A stretch of 64,000 nucleotides of DNA from an uncultured Collinsella sp. (lineage in GTDB: Bacteria; Actinomycetota; Coriobacteriia; Coriobacteriales; Coriobacteriaceae): NCBI GenBank assembly GCA_900544725.1, contig UQWK01000001.1, forward strand, positions 15,066 to 79,065. Reading direction: 5' to 3'. Position 1 is the stretch's first letter. The number at the start of each line of letters is the position of its first letter. Shown here piece after piece: positions 54,495 through 63,009 of this stretch. Made by a program: the position numbers and the translations under genes. The notes under the pieces were generated by a model. It was not told the origin of the DNA. It ran no database searches and was given only the letters and a program-made list of their open reading frames with translations.

Positions 54495-55790
54495 ATGGAT
54501 GCACCAAAGAGATTGACCCAAAAGGGATATAGGCCCCGGCTCATAGAGGAGCGCCTCGACACCCTTATGCGGGCGTTTGGCTGTGTGGAGATCAACGGCC
54601 CCAAATGGTGCGGCAAGACCTGGACGGCGCTCTCTCGCTCGGCGAGCGTCTCCAGGCTCGATGAGCCTGCGCAGCGCGCGGCGGCAGAGGTCGACCCAAG
54701 CCTGGCACTCATCGGCGATGCGCCACACCTGGTCGATGAATGGCAGGAGGTGCCCGAGGTTTGGGATGCCGCCCGGCGCTTCGTGGACGCGAGCGGCAAC
54801 GAACGCGGGACACTTTTGCTCACGGGCTCGACCGCGCTCAAAAGCGAGGAGCGCAGCCATGTTCGTCATTCCGGCACGGGTAGGATCGCCCGTCTGTCAA
54901 TGCGCCCCATGGCCCTGTGTGAGTCGAGCGACGGCGAGCCGCTCGTGTCACTGGCAAGCCTCTTTAAGGGCGAGGGTTTTGCCCCTCAGCGTCGCGAGAG
55001 CACGGTGGATGACGTCGCCCGCTGGTGCTGCAGGGGCGGTTGGCCTGCAAACCTTGGGCTTTCGGATGATCTTGCGCGAGAGACGGCAAGCCAGTACGTG
55101 CACTCGGTGCTCGACGTCAACGTGCTGGACGAGGGCATGTCGCCCGAGCTTGCACACGGCCTTTTGCGAGCTCTTGCCATGAACGAGAGCCAGGCTGTCA
55201 CGTACAAGACGCTCGTAAAGGACGCCTCGTACGGTGAGGCGGGCCCCGACGAGAGGACCATCGCTGCGTACTTGGACCTCTTCAACAGGCTCAAGCTGAC
55301 CGAGGACCTGTGCGGATGGGAGCCGCCCATGCGCTCGAAGGCCCGCGTTCGCGTGCGCCCCAAGCGCTACTTCTGTGACCCGTCACTTGCGGCGGCGTTG
55401 CTGGGGGCTACCCCTGAGCGGCTGCTTGGCGATATGCAAACGCTGGGGATGCTCTTTGAGAATCTCGTCCTGCGCGACATGCGCGTGTTCCTTTCCACCT
55501 ACGGCGGTGTCGACAACAGTGTCCATTATTTCCGAGATGAGAAGGGCCTTGAGGTCGATCTGATCGTTGAGCACGACGGGCGTTGGGGAGCCATCGAGGT
55601 CAAACTGAGTGATGCGAAAGCAGACGATGGAGCGAGAAATCTCAAGGCGCTGGAGAAGAAAGTGCTCTCCAATCCTGCCGCCCAGAATGCTGCGCCGGCG
55701 TTTTTGGCGGTTGTGGTTGGAAAGGGAAGCATCGCCTACACGCGCGACGACGGCGTAGCAGTGATTCCCATGGCGGCACTTGGGGCGTAG
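54495..55790 (+). CDS. AAA+ family ATPase (COG1373-like, AAA domain plus DUF4143-type C-terminal domain)
   Basis: Walker A-like GPKWCGKTW; 431 aa with architecture typical of the widespread orphan ATPase family. Confidence 0.7.
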   Translation: MDAPKRLTQKGYRPRLIEERLDTLMRAFGCVEINGPKWCGKTWTALSRSASVSRLDEPAQRAAAEVDPSLALIGDAPHLVDEWQEVPEVWDAARRFVDASGNERGTLLLTGSTALKSEERSHVRHSGTGRIARLSMRPMALCESSDGEPLVSLASLFKGEGFAPQRRESTVDDVARWCCRGGWPANLGLSDDLARETASQYVHSVLDVNVLDEGMSPELAHGLLRALAMNESQAVTYKTLVKDASYGEAGPDERTIAAYLDLFNRLKLTEDLCGWEPPMRSKARVRVRPKRYFCDPSLAAALLGATPERLLGDMQTLGMLFENLVLRDMRVFLSTYGGVDNSVHYFRDEKGLEVDLIVEHDGRWGAIEVKLSDAKADDGARNLKALEKKVLSNPAAQNAAPAFLAVVVGKGSIAYTRDDGVAVIPMAALGA

Positions 55791-56249
55791 TGGTTTTGCG
55801 GGCGTGCCGTGCTTCCTTTACCGAAAATCCATTTGGTAAACCAGATGCTCGCGGATAGAATAAAGTTGACGGCAGCCCAAGTGGTGAAGAGCTGGGCAGC
55901 GCCGTTGCTTGGTCAAGAGGTCAGTGCCTTAATGGCAGCGACTTGTTATGCTTCGAATGCTGCTTGAGTGCCTCGGAAATTTCGATAAGCGCCGTGAAGA
56001 GCGAGACCAAAGCAACCAAGAGCTCTACGAGCTCTGATGGGCCCGGGATGACCTCTGATTCAAGTCACCGGGCCTCAATCTTTTTTATCCATTTGAATAG
56101 AGTGGGCGGCGCCCTTGGGGTCGACCGTATGGCGTGTGCCTGGCGCGCGTGGTATTGCGCTCCGCTTTCATGTCCGCACGGGCGCCTATCCTTACGGCAA
56201 TGTAGCCGCCTATGTGGCGAGCGGTAGTTGACGGAGAAAGGCCCTAACT

Positions 56250-56984
56250 GTGTCAGCTGAAAAGACGCCGTGTATCTCGGCTATCGATACGACGAACTTT
56301 GCGCGCCAGATCGTGCTGGACTTTGAGTTTGCGCCGGTGCCAAAGCAGCGCCAGCGCCGTGGACTGCGCAACGAGATTATTGAGGTCGGCGCCGTCAAGC
56401 TCGATTACCACGGCAACGTTATGGGCGAGTTCTCGCAGTTTGTGCAGACGGAATTTACCGAAGGCGTTGCGTTCCCTGTCCGCGAGCTTACGGGGATATC
56501 GGCTGTGGACACCGCGATGGCCGATCCGCTCTACGTGGTGATCAAAAGGCTCAGCGATTGGATCGGTCGCCACTCCGCCCAGATAGTTTGCTGGAGCGGG
56601 ACGGACCGTCGACAGCTTTTGACCGAGTGCCAGGCAAAGCACATAGACCTTTCCGCATTTCCTGCGGACTGGGCCGACCTGCAGGCGTTTTACACCTCGA
56701 TTATGGACGTAGGCAGCCACGGGCGTGTCTCGCTGGGCGACGCGGCAACGTGGTTTGGCATCGAGTTTGACGAGTCGACGGGGCACGCCCACAGTGCTTT
56801 GGCCGATGCGCGCGTAACCGCCAAATTGCTCAGGCAGATGATGGACGGGGACTACCACGTGAGCCCGCGCGCCCAGGAAGTCCGCCAGCGGTGGGGGATG
56901 GGCGAGCGGGCCCAGACACGCCTTTCCAGCAAGTGCCCCGAGCTGGGCGACCTGCTGCTGAGACTGAAGGCGGAGGGGAGGTAG
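56250..56984 (+). CDS. DEDDh-family 3-prime to 5-prime exonuclease (DnaQ-like)
   Basis: Exo I motif VLDFEFAP, Exo II WSGTDRRQL, Exo III HSALADARVTAKLL; GTG start uncertain. Confidence 0.75.
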   Translation: MSAEKTPCISAIDTTNFARQIVLDFEFAPVPKQRQRRGLRNEIIEVGAVKLDYHGNVMGEFSQFVQTEFTEGVAFPVRELTGISAVDTAMADPLYVVIKRLSDWIGRHSAQIVCWSGTDRRQLLTECQAKHIDLSAFPADWADLQAFYTSIMDVGSHGRVSLGDAATWFGIEFDESTGHAHSALADARVTAKLLRQMMDGDYHVSPRAQEVRQRWGMGERAQTRLSSKCPELGDLLLRLKAEGR

Positions 56985-57040
56985 GCCTTTTGAGAACGCC
57001 ATTCGGTTTGGCATGGCGGAGCTGTAAGCGCGACTCCGCC

Positions 57041-57518
57041 CTGCTGTTTGAATTGAAGCGTCAACCAGTATGACGAGCTGTCTGGCCTGTCTGCCTACAC
57101 CCCCCGCGATCCCGCGCGCGGCACTCAGCAGCTCGTACTCCCTCTGGCTCCATTGGCACAGATCGGTCGCGCGTACGGCGTCGCGGCACAGGTCCAGGAA
57201 CACCTCGGCTCCCTCGCAGAAGCACTCGCGGGCAAAGGCGCCCGAGCCGCTTGCGATGCACATGCCGTCGGCGAAGAGCTTCCAGCTGGACGGCTCGCGC
57301 AAGTCATCTCCGAGCAGCTTGATCTGCAGTACGTGCGGGTCACCGGCGGTGCAGAGCTCTTCCTCGAGCACCTGCACCGTAAAGCGCATCTGGTGGGAGA
57401 GACTGCTCTTGACCATGGCCGAGGCGTAGCCATTCGGCTTGTCCAGAAAATGCATTCGTTTTGGCTTGACTGCCAGGTTGTGGAAGTTGCGCTCGCTGCG
57501 CACGGAGAAATTGTCCAT
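57041..57518 (-). CDS. Hypothetical protein (N-terminus well supported; 3-prime end undefined)
   Basis: Strong RBS aaaggag plus ATG at 57518; strong GC3 codon bias over ~150 codons; the reading frame stays open to 56253 through the antisense of the exonuclease gene, so the true stop is unknown (possible frameshift or pseudogene). Confidence 0.35.
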
Positions 57519-57667
57519 ACGGACTCCTTTCATCGATGTTGGCAGGGCCACCGTGCCTCTTGGCCGGTTGGCGTCGGGATCGTGGAGCCAACTCTCTACC
57601 CCGACTCTGGATAAAACGCGCCCGCTCCTTGCGGGCACGATGGAGTCTATCAGCACGCGCGGACAGA

Positions 57668-57721
57668 AATCAAGCGCCGCCTGCGAAATGATGTGCAGAC
57701 GGCGCTTGATTACGCGGCAAT
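57668..57721. other. 12-bp perfect-stem hairpin aatcaagcgccg-N20-cggcgcttgatt
   Basis: Perfect inverted repeat adjacent to the tandem repeat array. Confidence 0.5.
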
Positions 57722-57731
57722 TATTCGGCCA

Positions 57732-57850
57732 ACATCCGGAAAAGTGTCGAAATCAGCCGTATGAAAGTACGGAAAAGTGTCGAAATCGGCACCTCAAAAG
57801 TACGGAAAAGTGTCGAATCTGATGGTCTCAACATCCGGAAAAGTGTAACC
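57732..57850 (+). repeat. Four tandem ~30-bp direct repeats with core CGGAAAAGTGTCGAAATC
   Basis: acatccggaaaagtgtcgaaatc / aaagtacggaaaagtgtcgaaatc / aaaagtacggaaaagtgtcgaatc / acatccggaaaagtgtaacc. Confidence 0.8.
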
Positions 57851-57915
57851 GGATGACAAAACAGCACGTAGAAGCTGGTGCTACATATGGACACTTCAGC
57901 CGCCCCCGATCCTCG

Positions 57916-58917
57916 CTACTCGTCTCCGTCGTTGGGGTCGCCCTTGAGGGTGTTGATGTCCAGGTACTGGTTGTCGTCCTCTGCTTTCTGCGTTTCCGAT
58001 TCGGACGCGGTGGGGCCGCGGAATAGCTGGAATCCCTCAAACGCGATCACGCCGAGCAGAGCGATGATGATGGCGATAAAGACAACCTTTGCCGCTTGCG
58101 AAAACTCCGAAAAGCGCGGCGGTTCTTTTTCGGTGTAGTAATCGGTAGCGCGCTCATCGTCGGTGCCGTGGGTATACGACGATGCCGAGGCTGCCTTTAC
58201 GCTCGCTTGGTTGTAATCGGGAGCGGGCGTGGCAGCAAACGGGTCACGAGAATAGCCGCGCGACGCTTGGCCGTAATCCTCGGTTTCGATGCGGCTGGCG
58301 CGAGGCTGTTCGCTCGGGCGGTTGGCGTATGCTGCGGTGTTGTCGTATGCGGAGTCGCGTTCCTCGGCAGCCGCAAACAGGGGGTTTACCGGAATGTCGA
58401 GCGCCGGCATGTCGCCCGAGGTCTCGTCCAGATCTGCCGCGGCCCAGGAATCAAAGGCAAACTGGCGGTTGGAAAGATCATCCAGATCCATGACAGGCGG
58501 CTCGAGCTCGGGCTCGGGAGCCGTGTATGCCGACCGCTGCGGGGCAGCGTAGCGAATCGTGCTGTCTGCCGTGGGGCGCTGTGCCGCTGCAGCGAGAAAC
58601 GCCGCCGTTTCGGACGGATCGCTAGTAGGACGGGGTGCAGGGGCGGCTTTACGCGTCGCCTGCACGATGGGACGGGTAGCAAAGTCGTCCGCGGGCACGG
58701 ACGCCGGCGCGGGCGTGGCAGAAGGTGCGGGCTTTGCACTTGTCGGGCGAGCTCCGCCGCCCATGAGTTCCTCGGCGGTCCAGGGGCGGTCGCTCATCAC
58801 GTCGTCGAGGCTCAGCGAAAAAAGGCCCTCTTCGCCCTCGTCAAACGCGTGTTTCGCATGCCTGGCGCCAGAAGCGATGCCTCCGCGGACGTTGCGTGAT
58901 GCGTTGCTCGACCCCAT
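57916..58917 (-). CDS. Hypothetical Pro/Ala-rich low-complexity protein with single C-terminal transmembrane helix
   Basis: RBS aaagga before MGSSNASR; TM helix VVFIAIIIALLGVIAF near C-terminus, followed by an acidic tail. Confidence 0.55.
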   Translation of the reverse strand: MGSSNASRNVRGGIASGARHAKHAFDEGEEGLFSLSLDDVMSDRPWTAEELMGGGARPTSAKPAPSATPAPASVPADDFATRPIVQATRKAAPAPRPTSDPSETAAFLAAAAQRPTADSTIRYAAPQRSAYTAPEPELEPPVMDLDDLSNRQFAFDSWAAADLDETSGDMPALDIPVNPLFAAAEERDSAYDNTAAYANRPSEQPRASRIETEDYGQASRGYSRDPFAATPAPDYNQASVKAASASSYTHGTDDERATDYYTEKEPPRFSEFSQAAKVVFIAIIIALLGVIAFEGFQLFRGPTASESETQKAEDDNQYLDINTLKGDPNDGDE

Positions 58918-59039
58918 CTTGTCCCATCCTTTCGAAATGCTCACATTCATCGATTATATGGAACTTGCCTTGCGGCCGACTCTCGGATTCGCGCATTCCA
59001 GAACTCGCGCCCAAAAGGGGAGGGATGCGGGCGCGCTGA

Positions 59040-59693
59040 CTATTTGTCGTCGGCCTCTGCCTTGGCCTCGTTAAGGTAGCTGTAGAAGCTGTACTTGGAG
59101 ATGCCAAAGAACTCGCAGGCGCGCTCGCTCGATTTGGAGATAAGGAAGGCGCCGCGGCGGTCGAGGTATCCGATAGCGCGAATGCGCTCGTCCTTGGTCA
59201 TGAGGGCGGCGGGCTTGCCCACGTACTGCTCGCACTCGCGCAGCAGATCCTCGAGCAGGTCGCCGATGTTTTTGGTGATGGGCTCGGGCTCAGTGTATCC
59301 CTTGTCGCCCGTGCCGGTGAGCGCGTCGAGCGAACGCTCAAACGCCTTCATGAGCGTGATGTCAAAGTTGATGCCCATAATGCCAACGGGGTTGCCGGCG
59401 TCGTCGCGAATGAAGATGGTCGACGATTTGAGCAGCTTGCCATCGGCGGTCTTGGTGAGGTACGGCGCGCGGTCGTGGACCTCGGCGGCATCCTCGTGCA
59501 TGGACTCGAGCACAATATGGCTGGGGCCGTCGCCCAGTTTACGTCCGCTGATGTGGCCGTTTTCAATCACCACGATAGAGTGGTCCATGTCCTCGGTCTC
59601 CAGATCGTGGACGACGATTTCGCAGTTGGGGCCAAACTGTAGCGCCAGGCTGCGCGCAAGACGCTTGTAAAACTCAATCTGTGCGGGGGTCAT
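59040..59693 (-). CDS. YheO-like PAS-domain plus HTH transcriptional regulator (paralog of 43818-44615)
   Basis: Shared family blocks ...IVVHDL...D.HSIVVIENGHISGRKLG...; C-terminal HTH ...ACEFFGISKYSFYSYL. Confidence 0.7.
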   Translation of the reverse strand: MTPAQIEFYKRLARSLALQFGPNCEIVVHDLETEDMDHSIVVIENGHISGRKLGDGPSHIVLESMHEDAAEVHDRAPYLTKTADGKLLKSSTIFIRDDAGNPVGIMGINFDITLMKAFERSLDALTGTGDKGYTEPEPITKNIGDLLEDLLRECEQYVGKPAALMTKDERIRAIGYLDRRGAFLISKSSERACEFFGISKYSFYSYLNEAKAEADDK

Positions 59694-59810
59694 AGGTGCC
59701 TTCCTAAAAATTAGTTTGGGCTCACTGTGCCATAAACCACACCTGTTCGCAAATAACGAAAGCGTCGCTGCGTTATGCGACCGTTCGGCGGCGAAAAAGT
59801 ACCGATTACG

Positions 59811-59882
59811 GCAACAAACAATTTGTTAGGTTTGCCAATCAAAAAGTGTGATAGAACAGTGCTAACAAACTTTTTGTTTGGC
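59811..59882. promoter_or_regulatory. Two AACAAAC-N-TTTGTT palindromes in the divergent region between the YheO-like regulator and dpaL (candidate operators)
   Basis: ggcaacaaacaatttgttagg and gctaacaaactttttgtttggc. Confidence 0.4.
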
Positions 59883-59970
59883 ATCCACATAAAAGTTCAG
59901 CCGCATGAATGGGAATGGGCTGAAACGCGTATGCGGGGGCCGGCAAGAGAGAACTTAAGGAGTTCACCGT

Positions 59971-61185
59971 ATGGCCGATAAGATCCAGTGGGCGGGCAAC
60001 ACGATGCCCAAGAGCGATGACAAGCACTTGGGAATCATGAGCCTCGACCACGTGAAGAAGGCCCGCGCCTTCCACCAGTCGTTCCCCCAGTACACCGTCA
60101 CTCCGCTTGCCCGCCTGGATGGCCAGGCCGCGCGCCTGGGCCTGTCCAACCTGTGCGTTAAGGACGAGAGCTATCGCTTTGGCCTCAACGCCTTTAAGGT
60201 CCTGGGCGGTTCGTTTGCCATGGCCAACTACATTGCCGACGAGACCGGCAAGGACGTTGCCGAGTGCACCTTCGATTACCTGACCTCCGATCAGCTTGCC
60301 AAGGACTTTGGCCAGGCTACCTTCTTTACCGCCACCGACGGCAACCATGGCCGCGGCGTGGCATGGGCTGCCAACAAGCTGGGCCAGAAGGCCGTCGTGC
60401 ACATGCCCAAGGGTTCCACCAAGCCCCGCTTCGATAACATCGCCGCCGAGGGCGCCACGGTGACCATCGAAGAGGTCAACTACGACGAGTGCGTGCGCAT
60501 GGCCGCCGCCGAGGCCGATGCCTGCGAGCGCGGCGTCATCGTTCAGGACACCGCCTGGGAGGGCTACGAGAAGATTCCGTCCTGGATCATGGAGGGCTAC
60601 GGCACCATGGCTTCCGAGGCTGCCGAGCAGCTGCGCGAGATGGCCATCAACCGCCCGACGCACGTCTTTGTTCAGGCCGGTGTAGGCTCGCTGGCCGGCG
60701 CCGTGGTGGGCTACTTCACCAACCTGTATCCCGATAACCCGCCGACCTTCGTTGTGGTCGAGTGCGCTCCGGCCGCCTGCCTGTACAAGGGCGCTGCCGC
60801 CGGCGACGGCGATCCGCGCATCGTGGACGGCGACATGCCCTCCATCATGGCCGGCCTGTGCTGCGGCGAGCCCAACATCCTGGGCTGGGATATCCTGCGC
60901 AACCACGCTACCGCCTTCGTGTCCTGCCCCGACTGGGTCACCGCTCGCGGCATGCGCACCCTGGGCGCTCCCGAGAAGGGCGACCCGCGCGTCATCTCCG
61001 GCGAGTCCGGCGCAGTGACCACCGGCCTGGTCGAGACCCTCATGCTCGATCCCGAGTACGCTGAGCTCAAGGAGCTCATCGGCCTGGACAAGACGAGCTC
61101 CGTGCTCTGCTTCTCCACCGAGGGCGACACCGATCCGGATCAGTACCGTCGCATCGTCTGGGAGGGCGAGTATCCCACCTGCTAG
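59971..61185 (+). CDS. dpaL: Diaminopropionate ammonia-lyase (PLP-dependent)
   Basis: PLP-lysine context CVKDESYRFGLNAFKVLGG; ~400 aa as E. coli YgeX/DpaL. Confidence 0.85.
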   Translation: MADKIQWAGNTMPKSDDKHLGIMSLDHVKKARAFHQSFPQYTVTPLARLDGQAARLGLSNLCVKDESYRFGLNAFKVLGGSFAMANYIADETGKDVAECTFDYLTSDQLAKDFGQATFFTATDGNHGRGVAWAANKLGQKAVVHMPKGSTKPRFDNIAAEGATVTIEEVNYDECVRMAAAEADACERGVIVQDTAWEGYEKIPSWIMEGYGTMASEAAEQLREMAINRPTHVFVQAGVGSLAGAVVGYFTNLYPDNPPTFVVVECAPAACLYKGAAAGDGDPRIVDGDMPSIMAGLCCGEPNILGWDILRNHATAFVSCPDWVTARGMRTLGAPEKGDPRVISGESGAVTTGLVETLMLDPEYAELKELIGLDKTSSVLCFSTEGDTDPDQYRRIVWEGEYPTC

Positions 61186-61195
61186 CAGGATGACC

Positions 61196-61318
61196 TGTCC
61201 GGAGGCAGCCGGAGGACTTTACTCCCTGCTCGGACAGTCCTGCTCGCACGGAGAGCACATTAAGTGCTCTCCGGCTCGTGCGGAACTCGCGACGGAGCAA
61301 AGTCCTCCGTCCGCCTCC
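61196..61318. repeat. Palindromic repeat element copy R5 (inverted orientation)
   Basis: cggacagtcctgctcgcacggagagcacattaagtgctctccggctcgtgcggaactcgcgacgg; outer arms ggaggactttactcc / ggagcaaagtcctcc. Confidence 0.8.
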
Positions 61319-61422
61319 TATGGTTACTTGCTTGTGGGGTACTCGACCTCACGCTGCTTGGCACAAGTGATCTATCTGAAATATCTACCTGTAGGTAAAC
61401 CCTTGTAGAAAGGTTGACTGTT

Positions 61423-62808
61423 ATGACTAAAGAACTCGATTTTGATGCCATCAAGGCTGCGGCTGAGTCCCATCGTGCTGATATGACTCGCTTCCTGCGC
61501 GCTATGATCTCCCACCCCTCTGAGTCTTGCGAGGAGGGTGAGGTTGTCGCTTGCATCAAGGCCGAGATGGAGAGCCTTGGCTATGACGAGGTCAAGGTCG
61601 ACGGCCTGGGCAACGTTATGGGCTTTATGGGCGAGGGCGACAAGATCATCGCCATCGACTCCCACATCGACACCGTCGGCATCGGCAACATCGAGAACTG
61701 GGACGCCGATCCCTATGAGGGCTACGAGACCGACGAGATCATCTACGGCCGCGGCGGCTCCGACCAGGAGGGCGGCATGGCTTCCGCTACCTACGCTGCC
61801 AAGATGATGAAGGACATGGGCCTCATCCCCGAGGGCTACAAGATCATGGTCGTCGGCACCGTCCAGGAAGAGGACTGCGACGGCATGTGCTGGCAGTACA
61901 TCTACAACAAGGACGGCATTAAGCCCGAGTTCGTCATTTCCACCGAGCCCACCGACGGCGGCATCTATCGCGGTCACCGCGGCCGCATGGAGATCCGCGT
62001 CGACGTTCACGGCACCTCCTGCCACGGCTCCGCTCCCGACCGCGGCGATAACGCCATCTACAAGATGGCCGACATCATCGCCGACGTCCGCGCCCTCAAC
62101 AACAACGGCTGCGACGAGTCGACCGACATCAAGGGCCTCGTCAAGATGCTCGACCCCAAGTACAACCCCGAGCACTTCGAGGACGCCCGCTTCCTGGGCC
62201 GCGGCACCTGCACCGTCAGCCAGATCTTCTACACCAGCCCCAGCCGCTGCGCTGTCGCTGACTCCTGCGCCATCTCCATCGACCGCCGCATGACCGCCGG
62301 TGAGACCTGGGAGTCCTGCCTGGACGAAATCCGCAACCTGCCGGCCGCCAAGAAGTACGGCGACGACGTGAAGGTCTCCATGTACATGTATGACCGTCCG
62401 TCCTGGACCGGCGAGGTCTACGAGACCGAGGCTTACTTCCCCACGTGGATCAACAAGGAGACCGCTCCGCACGTCAAGGCCCTCGTCGACGCCCACAAGG
62501 CCATGTTCGGTGACGAGCGCATCGGCTGCGAGCCCAGCATGGACAAGCGCACCGGTCGTCCGCTGTGCGACAAGTGGACCTTCTCCACGAACTGCGTTTC
62601 CATCCAGGGCCGCTATGGCATCCCCTGCGTCGGCTTTGGCCCGGGTGCCGAGTCTCAGGCTCACGCTCCCAACGAGGTCACCTACAAGGACGACCTGGTC
62701 ACCGCTGCCGCCATGTATGTGGCTGCCCTGAACCTCTACGATCCGAGCCAGGCCGATGGCGACGCCACCGTGTTCCGCGCCGGTCTGACCAACAACAAGA
62801 TCGACTAG
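61423..62808 (+). CDS. ygeY: YgeY-family M20/DapE-like metallohydrolase
   Basis: M20 peptidase motifs ([25 protein letters not shown]); neighbourhood with dpaL and ygeW; ORF opens at TTG 61414, ATG 61423 preferred. Confidence 0.8.
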   Translation: MTKELDFDAIKAAAESHRADMTRFLRAMISHPSESCEEGEVVACIKAEMESLGYDEVKVDGLGNVMGFMGEGDKIIAIDSHIDTVGIGNIENWDADPYEGYETDEIIYGRGGSDQEGGMASATYAAKMMKDMGLIPEGYKIMVVGTVQEEDCDGMCWQYIYNKDGIKPEFVISTEPTDGGIYRGHRGRMEIRVDVHGTSCHGSAPDRGDNAIYKMADIIADVRALNNNGCDESTDIKGLVKMLDPKYNPEHFEDARFLGRGTCTVSQIFYTSPSRCAVADSCAISIDRRMTAGETWESCLDEIRNLPAAKKYGDDVKVSMYMYDRPSWTGEVYETEAYFPTWINKETAPHVKALVDAHKAMFGDERIGCEPSMDKRTGRPLCDKWTFSTNCVSIQGRYGIPCVGFGPGAESQAHAPNEVTYKDDLVTAAAMYVAALNLYDPSQADGDATVFRAGLTNNKID

Positions 62809-62830
62809 TCCCATTCCTCGATTTTGTTGA

Positions 62831-62855
62831 GCCGGGGACAGTTTATGCCCCCGGC
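62831..62855 (+). other. Hairpin gccgggg-acagtttatg-ccccggc containing GGGGACAGTTTA
   Basis: Member of, or related to, the GGGACAG-loop hairpin family; lies between ygeY and ygeW. Confidence 0.45.
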
Positions 62856-63009
62856 ACCTCCTGTTGACTTGGGGCCCGCGGTCGTTATCTCCCATGCTTC
62901 CTCAACGGTAGCGGGTCCTCGTCATAGCGCTCTGCATGTTCTAGCCACACGCGCATGCCGGAGCACATCTACTCATTGCGATCGTTTCATCTTTGGAAAG
63001 GATATTTAC

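Noticed and set aside
55943-56227. 94-aa plus-strand ORF, and a possible ~30-45-aa hydrophobic peptide on the minus strand, in the 460-bp gap between the ATPase and exonuclease genes
   Set aside because: No RBS or canonical start, low-complexity composition, and no codon-bias support. Left unannotated.
57153-57614. 153-aa plus-strand ORF
   Set aside because: Opposite strand of the better-supported minus-strand gene starting at 57518 (RBS plus GC3 bias). Its composition is typical of an antisense frame.
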